From the NCBI GenBank assembly GCA_963762565.1, contig CAVXLD010000011.1, positions 1 through 64,000 of the forward strand: 64,000 nucleotides of DNA, read 5' to 3'. Shown one piece after another: positions 47,048 through 57,708 of this stretch. The position numbers and the translations under genes were made by a program. Source of the stretch: an uncultured Verrucomicrobiae bacterium (GTDB lineage: Bacteria > Verrucomicrobiota > Verrucomicrobiia > Chthoniobacterales > JAFAMB01). The first letter of the stretch is position 1. Each line of letters begins with the position of its first letter. The notes under the pieces were generated by a model. It had not been told where the DNA came from. It saw only the letters and a program-made list of their open reading frames with translations, and made no database searches.

Positions 47048-47465
47048 GCGCCGGGAGGGATCGCTGCCCGTCCGCCATAGCCCTGGCATTAATCACCGTT
47101 TTCTTAAACAAGATGGCGACGGCGGATCCTCGCGATCAGTGCTTCTCGAAGTCCACGACAGACCCCATCCAGCGTCACACTAGATCCGAAATTATAGACT
47201 TGGGGCCGCGGCGCGCGGGGACGCGCGCCCTCCCTGCATCTCCAACCCGCTACGCGGGTGCTTTTCGGACTTGGCGCAGTACTCCAACACTCCCACACTC
47301 CATCACTTCGCGTGGCCGATTCGAGGACAGCCTGTCAGACGAAGCCCATGGTATATGTTGCCAACCGCTGGAAGTCGGCCTCGCAAGCGAGGCGCGCTCC
47401 ACAACCGGAAAGTTTGGCGAAGTCGGAAGGACGACGACGAGGACGAGAACGAAGCGCCTTGTGAG
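47048..47465. repeat. Multi-family nested repeat composite
   Basis: GGAGGG-type doublet followed by a copy of the 6830-6962 element carrying an insertion of about 100 nt. Confidence 0.85.
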
Positions 47466-47675
47466 GAACAGTGCGTTCTGCAATCCCGGCGGCCCTTCGC
47501 CGAGCATCTTGCACCTCCTTCGAAACGATCCATCCGTTGTGACGTGCCCACCCTTGTGTTAGATTTTTTTAACGAAAATGATTTCAACGTTGGGTTTGAA
47601 GGCCTTAGGGCTCTCAATTCTTCTGCGCCAATTTAATACTCCGGTTAGTTCTCTTGTTTCTCGGAGAACTTCCTG

Positions 47676-48977
47676 ATGGAAACGCATCCTGTGGCGAATT
47701 TAAGTTCTGTGTTTTCCGAGAAACTGAGGATAGCGACGTTTTTATCCCGAAGCGCCTTCAACCGGGTTTGCAATACACTGTTGACCGCTTTTGAGCAGGT
47801 CACACGGGCCGGTCGCCGCCCAAACGTCAGTACCCTGCTTTCGATCGCCGAACGTCAGACCGGGCTAAACGATTTCGGTGACCACCGGTTTTTGGAGCCG
47901 ATGGCGTTTCTATTAGAATCAGTCGAAAAGGAAGCCAAATTGAACGCGCTCGGGCGGTTCGTTTTTGTTGAACATGTTGTTCAGCTCCTCCGCAACCGGC
48001 TTTACCTGGAACTCGATTGGAAGCTCGATCCCACGATCGCTCGCCGGAAAATTCCCAAGCCTGTTTTTATCACTGGGTTGCCGCGAACGGGGACGACTTT
48101 ATTACACAGCTTGCTCGCCCAGGATTCGGAGATATTTGCCGCTCCCTTAACTTGGGAAGTCATTTATCCCTCAGCAGCCCAAGGTGACGACCACCAACGC
48201 ATTCGCCGGACAGAGCGGCAATTGAAATGGTTCGAGTTACTCGTACCAGGAATTAAGACGATTCATCCGGTTGCAGCCGAGCTACCACAGGAATGTGTCG
48301 CGATCATGAGCCATTGCTTTGTGAGCGAAGAATTCGACACAATGTTCGACCTCCCTGGGTATGAGTTTTGGGTGGAGGAACAAGACCAACGCGAAATCTA
48401 CTCTTTTCACAAACGCTTTCTCCAACACTTACGTCCGGGAGCCCGCGACCGCCGATTTGTGCTGAAAGCGCCGGCCCATCTTCGTGCGGTGGAAGCCATC
48501 CTAGACGTTTATCCGGATGCGCATATCGTTCACACCTATCGCCATCCGGCCCAGGTAGTCGCTTCCCTATCGAACTTGATTATGACTTTGAAGGGTGCGT
48601 TCAGCTACAATATTAAGCCGTTTGAAGTCGGGCCAAGCGTCATCGACTACTGCTCGAGGAACCTGCGCAGATTTTTCGCCAGCACCGCCCGGCTCCAGGC
48701 TAACGTTTACACCGACGTGGCTTATCTCGACCTGGTCCGGAATCCGATGGGGGTGGTGCGCCGGATTTACGCCAGACTTGGTGAGCACCTGACCCCTGAG
48801 GCCGAGGCAAAAATGGAACGCTTCTTGGCCGAAAATCCCCAAGGGAAATGGGGCCGCCATACCTATTCCCTGGGCAAATTTGGCCTGGAACCGGGTGCAA
48901 TCGCCGAACAATTCCGTTTCTATACGCAGCGATTCGACATGGATACCCATTCCTCGAAAGAGGCGATATCAAAGTAA
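47676..48977 (+). CDS. Sulfotransferase family protein
   Basis: PAPS-binding PVFITGLPRTGTT, VLKAPAH and RHPAQVVAS. Confidence 0.9.
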   Translation: METHPVANLSSVFSEKLRIATFLSRSAFNRVCNTLLTAFEQVTRAGRRPNVSTLLSIAERQTGLNDFGDHRFLEPMAFLLESVEKEAKLNALGRFVFVEHVVQLLRNRLYLELDWKLDPTIARRKIPKPVFITGLPRTGTTLLHSLLAQDSEIFAAPLTWEVIYPSAAQGDDHQRIRRTERQLKWFELLVPGIKTIHPVAAELPQECVAIMSHCFVSEEFDTMFDLPGYEFWVEEQDQREIYSFHKRFLQHLRPGARDRRFVLKAPAHLRAVEAILDVYPDAHIVHTYRHPAQVVASLSNLIMTLKGAFSYNIKPFEVGPSVIDYCSRNLRRFFASTARLQANVYTDVAYLDLVRNPMGVVRRIYARLGEHLTPEAEAKMERFLAENPQGKWGRHTYSLGKFGLEPGAIAEQFRFYTQRFDMDTHSSKEAISK

Positions 48978-49280
48978 GGGAGTTGTGGGCGGGACGCGCC
49001 GGTAGCGGCGATTTCGGTCGGAACTGTGGAGCGTTGCCTTGCTTGCAAGGCCGTGGTAAGCAGGGAGACTTCTGTCATATCGCCCTTCCTCGTGCAACGC
49101 TCTATCGTCCAGTATTTGAGCAGGATCAGATAGTAGTCTGGATCCTGAGCTGAACCTGCGCGGTACAGAGCGCAGATAAAGGTATGGCGTCGTAAGACCA
49201 TATCGCCCTGTTCACCACGGCCTTGCAAGCAAGGCAGCGCTCCACGGTTCCGACCGAACCGGCACTTCCCGCCGCACTCC
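48978..49280. repeat. Long inverted repeat, GTGGAGCGYTGCCTTGCTTGCAAGGC family
   Basis: 49013-49068 pairs with 49203-49258, with an imperfect outer extension. Confidence 0.85.
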
Positions 49281-49372
49281 TCTCACTTGCATCACCCAGT
49301 TCCTCAGCCGAGCTTACCCTCCAGCGGTAACCGGGAATAAGTTGGCAGCCTGGATGCTCAATTAGGTAGGCT

Positions 49373-49900
49373 ATGATTCGTCAGCTCTGCCTCTTCGCCG
49401 GTATCGCAACTTTATTAGGTCCCGGCCTGGTCTGGGGCCAGTCCATGAATCACCCTAAAGATATGTCAAAGCTTTCTGACGACGAACTGAAAAAGAATCT
49501 GACTCCCGAGCAATATTATGTAACCCGACAGGCGGGGACCGAACCTCCGTTTAACAATGCCTATTGGAACAATCACGCCGAAGGTCTCTACGTCGACGTC
49601 ATTTCCGGTAAACCATTGTTTACCTCAAAAGATAAATTCGATTCGGGCACCGGTTGGCCCAGTTTTACCAAACCGATCGATCCGCAGGCAGTGGTTGCCA
49701 AACAAGATAGCTCCCAGGGAATGATCCGAGACGAGGTGGTCGGCGCTGAAAGTAACGCTCACCTAGGCCACGTCTTCGATGACGGGCCGCAACCCACTGG
49801 GCTACGTTACTGTATGAATTCCGCCGCCCTGCGCTTTATTCCCGTTGATAAACTGGAAGAAGAGGGCTACGGCCAGTACCTGCCCCTCTTCAAGAAGTGA
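49373..49900 (+). CDS. msrB: Peptide methionine (R)-sulfoxide reductase with signal peptide
   Basis: Motifs [24 protein letters not shown] and RYCMNS. Confidence 0.95.
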   Translation: MIRQLCLFAGIATLLGPGLVWGQSMNHPKDMSKLSDDELKKNLTPEQYYVTRQAGTEPPFNNAYWNNHAEGLYVDVISGKPLFTSKDKFDSGTGWPSFTKPIDPQAVVAKQDSSQGMIRDEVVGAESNAHLGHVFDDGPQPTGLRYCMNSAALRFIPVDKLEEEGYGQYLPLFKK

Positions 49901-49907
49901 TCAGCTA

Positions 49908-50081
49908 GGTTCACCGTTCACTGTGCGCCGTTCGCAGTCAGAAACTCCGGGCGGCGAAGCGCAGACGACATAAGTCCCATGAGTCCAATAACTCCCATCC
50001 GCGTCGCGCTGACAGGCGTAGCGACGTTCTACTGCAAACCGTGAACCGCAAACCGTGAACCGCAACCGTGAACCACGAACC
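49908..50081. repeat. GGTTCRC / GYRAACC heptamer bracket
   Basis: The right arm has about seven GTGAACC/GCAAACC units and ends 8 nt before the msrA ATG. Confidence 0.8.
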
Positions 50082-50089
50082 CTAACCCC

Positions 50090-50713
50090 ATGCGACCCTT
50101 AAGCTTCTTCGCCGCTTGTTTTCTCAGCAGCCTAACACCAATATTCGTTAATATGAGTGACGCTCAAAATGTGACCCGGACCGAAACTGCAGTTTTTGGT
50201 GGCGGGTGTTTTTGGTGTCTTGACGCCCAATTCAAATTAGTGCCCGGCGTCACAAAAGTTACGTCCGGCTATGCAGGCGGACACACCGAAAACCCGACGT
50301 ATGAACAGGTTTGTTCGGATCAAACCGGGCACGCCGAGGTGATCCAGGTCGAATTTGATCCTTCAAAGATCAGCTACGCAGAATTGCTCCATAAGTTCTT
50401 TTATGCCCATGATCCGACCACCCTGAATCGCCAGGGTGCGGACGTTGGGACTCAATATCGCTCGATTATTCTGTATCTGAGCGATGAACAGAAGCAGACA
50501 GCGGAAAAGGCTAAGGCCGAGGCTCAGCAGGATTGGCCCAACCCGATTGTGACCGAGATTGCGCCATTAAAACATTTCTATGCTGCTGAAGACTATCACC
50601 AAGACTATTTCGCCAAGAATCCGACCCAGGGATACTGTCAGTTGGTGGTTGCTCCCAAGGTGAAAAAGTTCCAGCAACACCAGGCGGCGGAAAAAGCGCA
50701 AGCAGGGAATTAA
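50090..50713 (+). CDS. msrA: Peptide methionine (S)-sulfoxide reductase with signal-like N-terminus
   Basis: Motifs GGGCFWC, TGHAEV, HDPTTLNRQG.DVGTQYRS, AEDYHQ and GYC. Confidence 0.95.
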   Translation: MRPLSFFAACFLSSLTPIFVNMSDAQNVTRTETAVFGGGCFWCLDAQFKLVPGVTKVTSGYAGGHTENPTYEQVCSDQTGHAEVIQVEFDPSKISYAELLHKFFYAHDPTTLNRQGADVGTQYRSIILYLSDEQKQTAEKAKAEAQQDWPNPIVTEIAPLKHFYAAEDYHQDYFAKNPTQGYCQLVVAPKVKKFQQHQAAEKAQAGN

Positions 50714-51118
50714 TTAGCCGCAAAAACTTGTCGCGCCGTAGGCTTGGCGGAGGCGGAAGGCGCAAAAAGATCTGGAGGGGAGCCGCTTTGTAGCGTGGCG
50801 GCTCTGTCGGTATCTAGCAGGCGGCTCCCGGGAAGAACCCAGTGTGTTTGCCGGGTCCGGGGCTTCGTTGCGAACGTGTCTCTACGCTCGCAGGCCACGG
50901 TCAGGGACAATGGCAAGTCTGGGGTTGGTCCCGGGAGCCGCCTGCTAGAAACCCATAGAGCTGCCACCCGGCAAAGCGGCTCCCCTCCAAGCGCTGGGTG
51001 CTTCATCTGTCCAAGGTCGGGCTCCCATCCTCGCCTTTCTTTTGCGCTTTTTTGCGGCTAGTCCGTCTTCCCCTACCAACTCCTTTTTGTTTGCCTTCTT
51101 CGCGCTCTTTTGCGGCAA
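50714..51118. repeat. GCCGCAAAAA / TTTTGCGGC bracket enclosing a roughly 70-bp inverted repeat
   Basis: Inner GGAGGGGAGCCGCTTTG...CCCAG (50774-50842) pairs with 50919-50988. Confidence 0.85.
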
Positions 51119-51138
51119 TTCATTTCCAGGAAGACGCG

Positions 51139-53997
51139 ATGATGACCAACAAATGGGTATTGAGTCTGACGTTAGCCGGCGGGTTCTGCTTACCATGGCC
51201 CGCATCCGCGAAGGAAGAGCCCACTATAACTTCGGGAGGCCAGATGCTCCCGACTGGGCAAAACATTTCCCCACTAAGTGCGCCGGGCGCCAAAATCCAA
51301 GAGCTCAATCCGGGTTTAACAGACTTACCGAATTTTGTCGCCGGAGGCGGGGTTACCACGGTGCTCAGTCCCGACCAAAAGACCCTTCTAGTACTGACCA
51401 GCGGATACAATCTGGTTAGTTCCGCCACTAGCGATAAGAAGTCGCGAGAAGCGGATCAATACGTTTTTGTGTTCAATGCCTCTGGCGAACAACCGCAACA
51501 GAAGCAAGTGATCCGTGTCCCCAACACTTTCGCCGGGATCGCTTTTGATCCGTCCGGACAGAAATTTTACCTGGGCGGAGGTAAGGACGATAACATCCAT
51601 GTTTATTTACTAAAGGACGGTTCTTGGCAGGAGGAAGCGTCGCCCATTTCCTTAGCCCACAATGGCGGTAACGGCCTCCCCCGGAAAGAGACTCTCCCGG
51701 TCACAGCCGGTTTAGCGGTGACCGCTGATGGTCAGACTTTAGTGGTCGCCAACATTCAAAACGATTCCGTTTCCATCATTGATCTTTCGGCGGAAATCGT
51801 AAAACAAGAGCTGGATCTTCGCCCTGGGAAAATCGATTCTCGCCATCAAGGAGAAGCCGGTGGTGAGTACCCATTTTGGGTAACTACTAAGGGAAACGAG
51901 ATAGCTTACGTATCGAGCTTGCGCGACCGCGAAGTCGACGTGATCAGTCTTAAGCCCCCAGTCGATGTGCTGGCGCCGTCGGACGCTCCAGCGAAACCTG
52001 ACGCCATCGTATTGGCGAGGATCAAGGTGCCCGGCAATCCCAATCGCATGCTGCTGGACCGCGCCGGCCGCTACTTGTTCGTGGCCGAAGACAACAGCGA
52101 CAGCGTGGAGGTGATTGATACCCAATCGAACAAAGTAGTGAAATCGATAAAGGTCGCTGGCCCGGGAGACGTTCTGCCCGATCGGCTAATGCATTATCGG
52201 GGGCTTTCGCCAAATAGCCTCGCTCTTTCTGCCGACGAGCGCGTCCTTTATGTGACCGAAGGAGGAGCAAATTGTGTCGCCGTCATCGATTTATCGTCCG
52301 ACCTGTCCGCTGTACTCCCGCCTCGCGGGACGAAGGAGGAAGTCTCAGCGAAGGGGACAAGAACTCTGCAGCCCAAGGTAGTGGGGTTAATCCCAACGAC
52401 CTTCTATCCCAACTGTGTGGTTGTAAGCGGAGACGGACAGCGCCTCTATATTGTTAACGGAAAGAGCGAGACCGGTCCGAACCCCGGTTATTTCGAGCGC
52501 AAGAATCCTAACCAATACGTTTTGGAACTTTTGCATTCCTCGCTCTTAACAATCCCGATCCCGACCAAGGAACAACTAGTCGATACCACCAAAGCCGTGG
52601 TTGAGAACAATCAATTTTCGGCAAAGCCGCTCGACTCGGATCGCTTCCTGATGGCGTACCTCCGGCGCCAGGTGAAACACGTGATTTATATTGTAAAAGA
52701 GAACCGGACCTATGATCAAATCTTGGGCGATTTAGATCGAGGCAACGGCGATCGGTCTCTTACCCAGTTCGGTTCGGCCATAACCCCTAACTTTCATCAT
52801 CTGGCGCAGCAATTTGTGTGTCTCGACAATTTTTATGATTCCGGAGATGTCAGCGCTAATGGCTGGCCTTGGAGCACCGCAGGCCGCGAGAGTGATTTTG
52901 GCGTGAAAGCGGTTGTGCTCAGCTATGCGGAGCGCGGCCTGACCTATGATTTCGAAGGAACAGACCGGAATATCAATGTTGGGCTACCCTCGTTAGCGGA
53001 TCGGGCTGCGGCAAATCCGCTAAACCCGGAAGATCCCGATCTGTTGCCCGGAACCGCGGATGTGGCGGCGCCAGACGGAGCAACCAATGCGGAGGAGGGC
53101 ATGGGCTATCTTTGGAACCTTGCTCTGAAAGCGGGAAAGAGCGTGCGGAATTACGGCTTTTTTTGTGACTTGAGCCGGTACGAAGAACCGCCTCCCGAAC
53201 AGATCCCGCTCGAGCGACACCCATTCGACAAGAAACTGCAGGTGGCCTACCCGACAAAAGCAGCTCTTATGGAGCTGACGGACCGCTATTTTCGCGGCTT
53301 TGATACGGCTTTTCCAGACTATTGGCGCGAGATCGAATGGGAACGAGAATTCGATAGGTTTGTTCGGGACGGTGAGTTGCCTGATCTCTGCCTAGTTCGC
53401 TTTATGGAGGATCACATGGGTTCCTTCAAAAAGGCAATCGATGGCATCAACACCCCGGAGCGCCAGCAGGCCGACAACGATTATGCCGTAGGACGGTTAG
53501 TCGAAAAAATCGGGTCGAGCCCTTTCAAGGATAACACTCTCATTTTTGTGGTTGAGGATGACGCCCAGAACGGGGCCGATCATGTCGATTCTCATCGGTC
53601 TACGGCCTACGTAGTCGGACCTTTTGTTAAACAAGGCCAGGTCGTTTCCCAATTTTATACGACGGTAAACCTTCTTCGCACCATCGAAGACATCTTGGGT
53701 ACCGACCATCTCAATATCCATACCGCCACCGCACGTCCAATGTCTGAGGTATTCGATCTCAAACAGGAAACCTGGAAGTTCAAGGCCGAGCCTTCGGCTT
53801 ATCTCAAGGATACGGAGCTACCGCTTGCTAACAAAACCGGAGCGATGCAACCAACCCATGACGCAGCTTACTGGGCAGCAGCAACGGCCCAGTTCGATTT
53901 CTCCAAGGAAGACAATCTTGGCGACCCCGATGCGTTCAACCGGATCATCTGGAAAGGCTTGAAGGGTGATGTGCCATATCCCGGCGATCGAAGGTGA
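51139..53997 (+). CDS. Secreted YVTN beta-propeller plus phosphoesterase (alkaline phosphatase superfamily) protein
   Basis: Signal peptide, propeller repeats, KHVIYIVKENRTYDQILGD and EDDAQNGADHVDSHRS. Confidence 0.88.
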   Translation: MMTNKWVLSLTLAGGFCLPWPASAKEEPTITSGGQMLPTGQNISPLSAPGAKIQELNPGLTDLPNFVAGGGVTTVLSPDQKTLLVLTSGYNLVSSATSDKKSREADQYVFVFNASGEQPQQKQVIRVPNTFAGIAFDPSGQKFYLGGGKDDNIHVYLLKDGSWQEEASPISLAHNGGNGLPRKETLPVTAGLAVTADGQTLVVANIQNDSVSIIDLSAEIVKQELDLRPGKIDSRHQGEAGGEYPFWVTTKGNEIAYVSSLRDREVDVISLKPPVDVLAPSDAPAKPDAIVLARIKVPGNPNRMLLDRAGRYLFVAEDNSDSVEVIDTQSNKVVKSIKVAGPGDVLPDRLMHYRGLSPNSLALSADERVLYVTEGGANCVAVIDLSSDLSAVLPPRGTKEEVSAKGTRTLQPKVVGLIPTTFYPNCVVVSGDGQRLYIVNGKSETGPNPGYFERKNPNQYVLELLHSSLLTIPIPTKEQLVDTTKAVVENNQFSAKPLDSDRFLMAYLRRQVKHVIYIVKENRTYDQILGDLDRGNGDRSLTQFGSAITPNFHHLAQQFVCLDNFYDSGDVSANGWPWSTAGRESDFGVKAVVLSYAERGLTYDFEGTDRNINVGLPSLADRAAANPLNPEDPDLLPGTADVAAPDGATNAEEGMGYLWNLALKAGKSVRNYGFFCDLSRYEEPPPEQIPLERHPFDKKLQVAYPTKAALMELTDRYFRGFDTAFPDYWREIEWEREFDRFVRDGELPDLCLVRFMEDHMGSFKKAIDGINTPERQQADNDYAVGRLVEKIGSSPFKDNTLIFVVEDDAQNGADHVDSHRSTAYVVGPFVKQGQVVSQFYTTVNLLRTIEDILGTDHLNIHTATARPMSEVFDLKQETWKFKAEPSAYLKDTELPLANKTGAMQPTHDAAYWAAATAQFDFSKEDNLGDPDAFNRIIWKGLKGDVPYPGDRR

Positions 53998-54128
53998 GAA
54001 GTGAGAAGTGAGAGGCGGCTGCAAAAATGTGGTGGGGTGAGGACTCCCGATCTTCCGTGGAGGTTGCACGGGGCGATCGGATCTCTGCAATCTGCAGTGC
54101 CCCGTGTCTTACGGTTGCCGAGCCGCGG
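53994..54128. repeat. GTGAGAR left arm plus left half of the REP-like element
   Basis: GTGAGAA-GTGAGAA-GTGAGAG begins in the stop codon; then TGGTGGGGTGAGGACTCCCGA and GCCGAGCCG. Confidence 0.7.
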
Positions 54129-54139
54129 TCCAGGGCGTG

Positions 54140-54245
54140 CTAGTGTCCTGTCCCATAAATAGCATGGCTTTCGTCCGGCAACTGGCGGACCGGCGGCCCA
54201 TTTTGATCGCAACGAAACCCAGTTATTTATGGCACAGGACACTGG
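54140..54245. mobile_element. Short MITE-like copy
   Basis: Same TIRs as 42621-42917, in inverted orientation and internally deleted. Confidence 0.75.
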
Positions 54246-54348
54246 ACCGGACGCGGCTTTGTCCTTCCCGTTTTGCTCCAGCTACGCCGCTTTGTGCCCC
54301 TTTGAGATCTTCTTGTGAAACTACACGGGTATATTCTAACCTCGAGCC

Positions 54349-55242
54349 ATGTTCCGGCTTCTTTTGCTTACCTATACAGCCGCGGTCCTACTTGCGGCCC
54401 TGACATCAGCGGCTCAGTCAGCCCAACATATCTGCTTCAGCCGGGACCGAGGGATTTGGATCGCCAATACTGATGGGACTGGCGCTCACAAGATCGTGAC
54501 TGGTGACGATCCGGCGATTTCTCCGGATGGTGCGCGCATTGCCTATACGGAGTCGGGAAAGGGGAAGGGACCTATTCGGCACATCGCAGTAATAGAGGTT
54601 AGCTCCGGGAAGAAAATGGTGTTTGGCAATCTTCCCAGTGACAACGCCTATGGGCCGGTCTGGTCACCCGACGGCAAACATCTCTTGTTTAATATCTTCA
54701 CCGGAGAGCATTGGCGCTTTGGGCTAATCGGTGTGGACGGCACCGGATTTCAATTTGTACCGGCGCCTCCGGCCATAACGGCGGATCTTTTTTCGCCCGC
54801 TTGGGCCGTCGATGGCAAAAGCATATACGCTGAGGATCTCACCAACATTTATCAGACCGACTTAACCGGGAAGACGTTAGCACAATGGAAAATCTCCGAC
54901 GCATTGCCAAATGCCGACATGAATAGCAACAACCGCATTGTGCCTTCCGATGATGGCAAGACATTCCTCGTAGATGCCGACCTGGATGAGGAAGGGCAAA
55001 TCAAATCTTGGGACGGACCGCCTCCAGGCGTCTTCCTCTTTGACATCGACAGCGGCAAAGCTCATCGGGTTTCGCCGGCTAAGGTGTACGCCTGGGATCC
55101 TTCCTGGCTTAACGCCCAGCAGTACCTTTTCACCAGCACCATCGATGGCCGGCATTTTGGCATCTACAAAACAACATTGTCCGGCGAAAAACCGCAGCTC
55201 ATTGTCAATAACGCTTCGTCGGTAACCGTGTCGACTCAATAG
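54349..55242 (+). CDS. Secreted TolB-like (PD40) beta-propeller protein
   Basis: Signal peptide; repeats PAISPDG, PVWSPDG and PAWAVDG. Confidence 0.82.
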   Translation: MFRLLLLTYTAAVLLAALTSAAQSAQHICFSRDRGIWIANTDGTGAHKIVTGDDPAISPDGARIAYTESGKGKGPIRHIAVIEVSSGKKMVFGNLPSDNAYGPVWSPDGKHLLFNIFTGEHWRFGLIGVDGTGFQFVPAPPAITADLFSPAWAVDGKSIYAEDLTNIYQTDLTGKTLAQWKISDALPNADMNSNNRIVPSDDGKTFLVDADLDEEGQIKSWDGPPPGVFLFDIDSGKAHRVSPAKVYAWDPSWLNAQQYLFTSTIDGRHFGIYKTTLSGEKPQLIVNNASSVTVSTQ

Positions 55243-55287
55243 TTCGTATTTCTGACCGCGCCGATGATCACCGAGCTCAGCGCGACT

Positions 55288-57693
55288 TCACGATAGAGTT
55301 ATCCGAAGTTCTCGCTGGGCCCCCAAAGAACTATCGGAGACAATGGAGCCGCCTTGGAGATCGATTGGCCGCATTTCCTGACGCGGCAGAAACAGAATGG
55401 TTTGTCCAGGTTGGGGACATCCATCCCCGCGGCGCTCAATCTTTACCGATAGATCGGAACGAGAACCCACTATTTGTAAACGCCATGTCCAATATTTCCC
55501 GTCCCGGTACGCTTCGCTTTCACCGTCATCCTCAAAGCACTCGTACTCGAACTCGGTATCGTTACGACTTGGGAACAGATAAAATCCGCGTTGATCGGCC
55601 GGCTTTGCGAAGTGCTGTTCAGCAACGTTCAGCGGAATAGCACTGTCTGCTCTAGCCAATAGCGGTGGACGATCCCACGGTGCAGGCAACAAGATCTCTT
55701 GACCGCCGGTGTAGTAATCGCCGCTCCAAAAATCGTACCAGCCACTACCGGCAGGTAGGTAAACCTGGCGCGCACGTTGACCCGGTTCCACGACCGCTGC
55801 TACTAGGAGATTCGCTCCAAGTAACATATCGTCGTTTTCCAGGTAGCAGTGGTCGTCCTGCGGAAAGTCATGGAATGTCGGCCGGATAATAGGTGCATAA
55901 TCACGATGCGAGCGCCACAACAGGTCGTAAAAATAGGGGATTAGCCGATACCGGAACTTGATCAAATCACGAATGTAGGCGGTGATCTCCGGATACATCC
56001 AGGGTTCGTTAGCCGTCTGATCATCGTTCCACGAGTGGATGCTGAACCGCGGCATGAAGATACCAAATTGAACCCAACGTAATAAGAGTTCTGTATCGGG
56101 AGCAGGTCCGGAAAAACCGCCGACATCGTGACCAACATTCGATACCCCCGAGAGAGCCAGCCCGATACCCATTTTGATGTTGTAACGCAACGTTTCCCAA
56201 GAGGTATAATTGTCGCCAGACCAGGTCTGAACATAGCGATGCATACCAACGGCGCCGGAGCGCGTGACCAGAAAAGGTCTCTTGTCGGGAGCGAATTCAC
56301 GCTGGGCGTCACGCGATGCGCGTATCATCAAAAGAGTTTGGAGTGTCTTTGCCTTGACCGCTCGCCGCGACTGTCCAAAACCATTGATCCGCGCCCTTTT
56401 ATCCCAAACTTCAAACTCGTTATTGTCATTCCACGTGGCTACCACTCCGTATTTTAACAACGACTCGGCAACTCTCGATTTCCACCAGATCACCGTCTTC
56501 GGATTCGTAAAATCGAGATAGGCGCCAACTTCATCCCAAAATTGAACCATGGTGGGTTTTCCATCTTCATCTTGGATGAAGAGTCCCTCCGTTTCCGCTT
56601 CTTTAAAGCGGGGATGGTCCCGCAATAGACAGGGTTTAATGTTGGGACACAGACGGATTCCATGTGCCAAATAATGTCGAACGAAAGCTTCCGGGTCCGG
56701 AAACTTGGATCGATCCCAGTTGAACACATAACGCTTGCCGCTAATCGACGTATAACCGGAAGAGAGATGGAACGAGTCACAGAGGATATCGTGCTCCGCA
56801 CAACGTGACAGAAACTCATTCATCTGCTCCTGAGCATTGGGCGCGTCTGTGTAGGCCATGGTCGAGCCTGAGTAACCCAGGCTCCATTTCGGGGTGAATG
56901 CCGGCCGGCCGGTCAACCAAGTATAGCGCCGAACCACTTGCGCCATATCAGGGCCCGCGATGAAGTAGTAATCCAGGTCACCATAGTCAGCGGCGAAATA
57001 ACGATAGGGGCCATGATAGTTATCCAGTTCGCGCCCGAGGTCGAAAGTACAATCCGCATTGGTATCGTAGAATAAGCCGTAGGCCAACCTCGTCTTACTC
57101 TTCCAAGTCAGATAGAAGGGGATATGCTTGTACAAAGGGTCAGTGGTCCGGGCGTTGTAACCCATCGCATCGACATTCGTCATGCGATAATTTTGACCAG
57201 CCCGGTTAGTACTTCCGGCTCGCTCGCCCAAGCCGAAGTACATTTCATCTGGCTCGCGTTTTAAGTAATGGTAAATACGTTCATCCCACCAACCGAAATT
57301 GTAGTTTTGGGTAGAGCGGTCTACCGCGGCGAATTCAAAGCGCCCGTCCGCTAGTACTTCCCATTGACAATATAAACCTTGCAAATGGATCGTTAGACGA
57401 ATGCGGTTAGTCACTAACCGAATCGTACCCGGCTCCTCTTCGAACTGGAAAGCGGGCAACGAAAAGCCATCGAGCTGAAATCGGTCCCTGCCTTCAAGGG
57501 GAACATCTTCCTGCCCCGGCGCTACCGCCCAGGTCCGCGGGAAATAAAGGGTACCCCCAGGCAGTACCATGACGCGCAGAATATCTTCTTCCAGAATAAA
57601 GAGATGGGCGATATGGCCCTCGTCGCTCTGCAAGGTGATTCGGGCGCCCGCCCGTTCAGTGACCCGAAATATTGGAATAGTAGCAAGTGACAT
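55288..57693 (-). CDS. GH31 alpha-glucosidase
   Basis: Motifs DPLYKHIPF, WNDNNE, WSGDN and GHDVGGF. Confidence 0.93.
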   Translation of the reverse strand: MSLATIPIFRVTERAGARITLQSDEGHIAHLFILEEDILRVMVLPGGTLYFPRTWAVAPGQEDVPLEGRDRFQLDGFSLPAFQFEEEPGTIRLVTNRIRLTIHLQGLYCQWEVLADGRFEFAAVDRSTQNYNFGWWDERIYHYLKREPDEMYFGLGERAGSTNRAGQNYRMTNVDAMGYNARTTDPLYKHIPFYLTWKSKTRLAYGLFYDTNADCTFDLGRELDNYHGPYRYFAADYGDLDYYFIAGPDMAQVVRRYTWLTGRPAFTPKWSLGYSGSTMAYTDAPNAQEQMNEFLSRCAEHDILCDSFHLSSGYTSISGKRYVFNWDRSKFPDPEAFVRHYLAHGIRLCPNIKPCLLRDHPRFKEAETEGLFIQDEDGKPTMVQFWDEVGAYLDFTNPKTVIWWKSRVAESLLKYGVVATWNDNNEFEVWDKRARINGFGQSRRAVKAKTLQTLLMIRASRDAQREFAPDKRPFLVTRSGAVGMHRYVQTWSGDNYTSWETLRYNIKMGIGLALSGVSNVGHDVGGFSGPAPDTELLLRWVQFGIFMPRFSIHSWNDDQTANEPWMYPEITAYIRDLIKFRYRLIPYFYDLLWRSHRDYAPIIRPTFHDFPQDDHCYLENDDMLLGANLLVAAVVEPGQRARQVYLPAGSGWYDFWSGDYYTGGQEILLPAPWDRPPLLARADSAIPLNVAEQHFAKPADQRGFYLFPSRNDTEFEYECFEDDGESEAYRDGKYWTWRLQIVGSRSDLSVKIERRGDGCPQPGQTILFLPRQEMRPIDLQGGSIVSDSSLGAQRELRITLS

Positions 57694-57708
57694 AGCAGAC
57701 TCCCGTAA

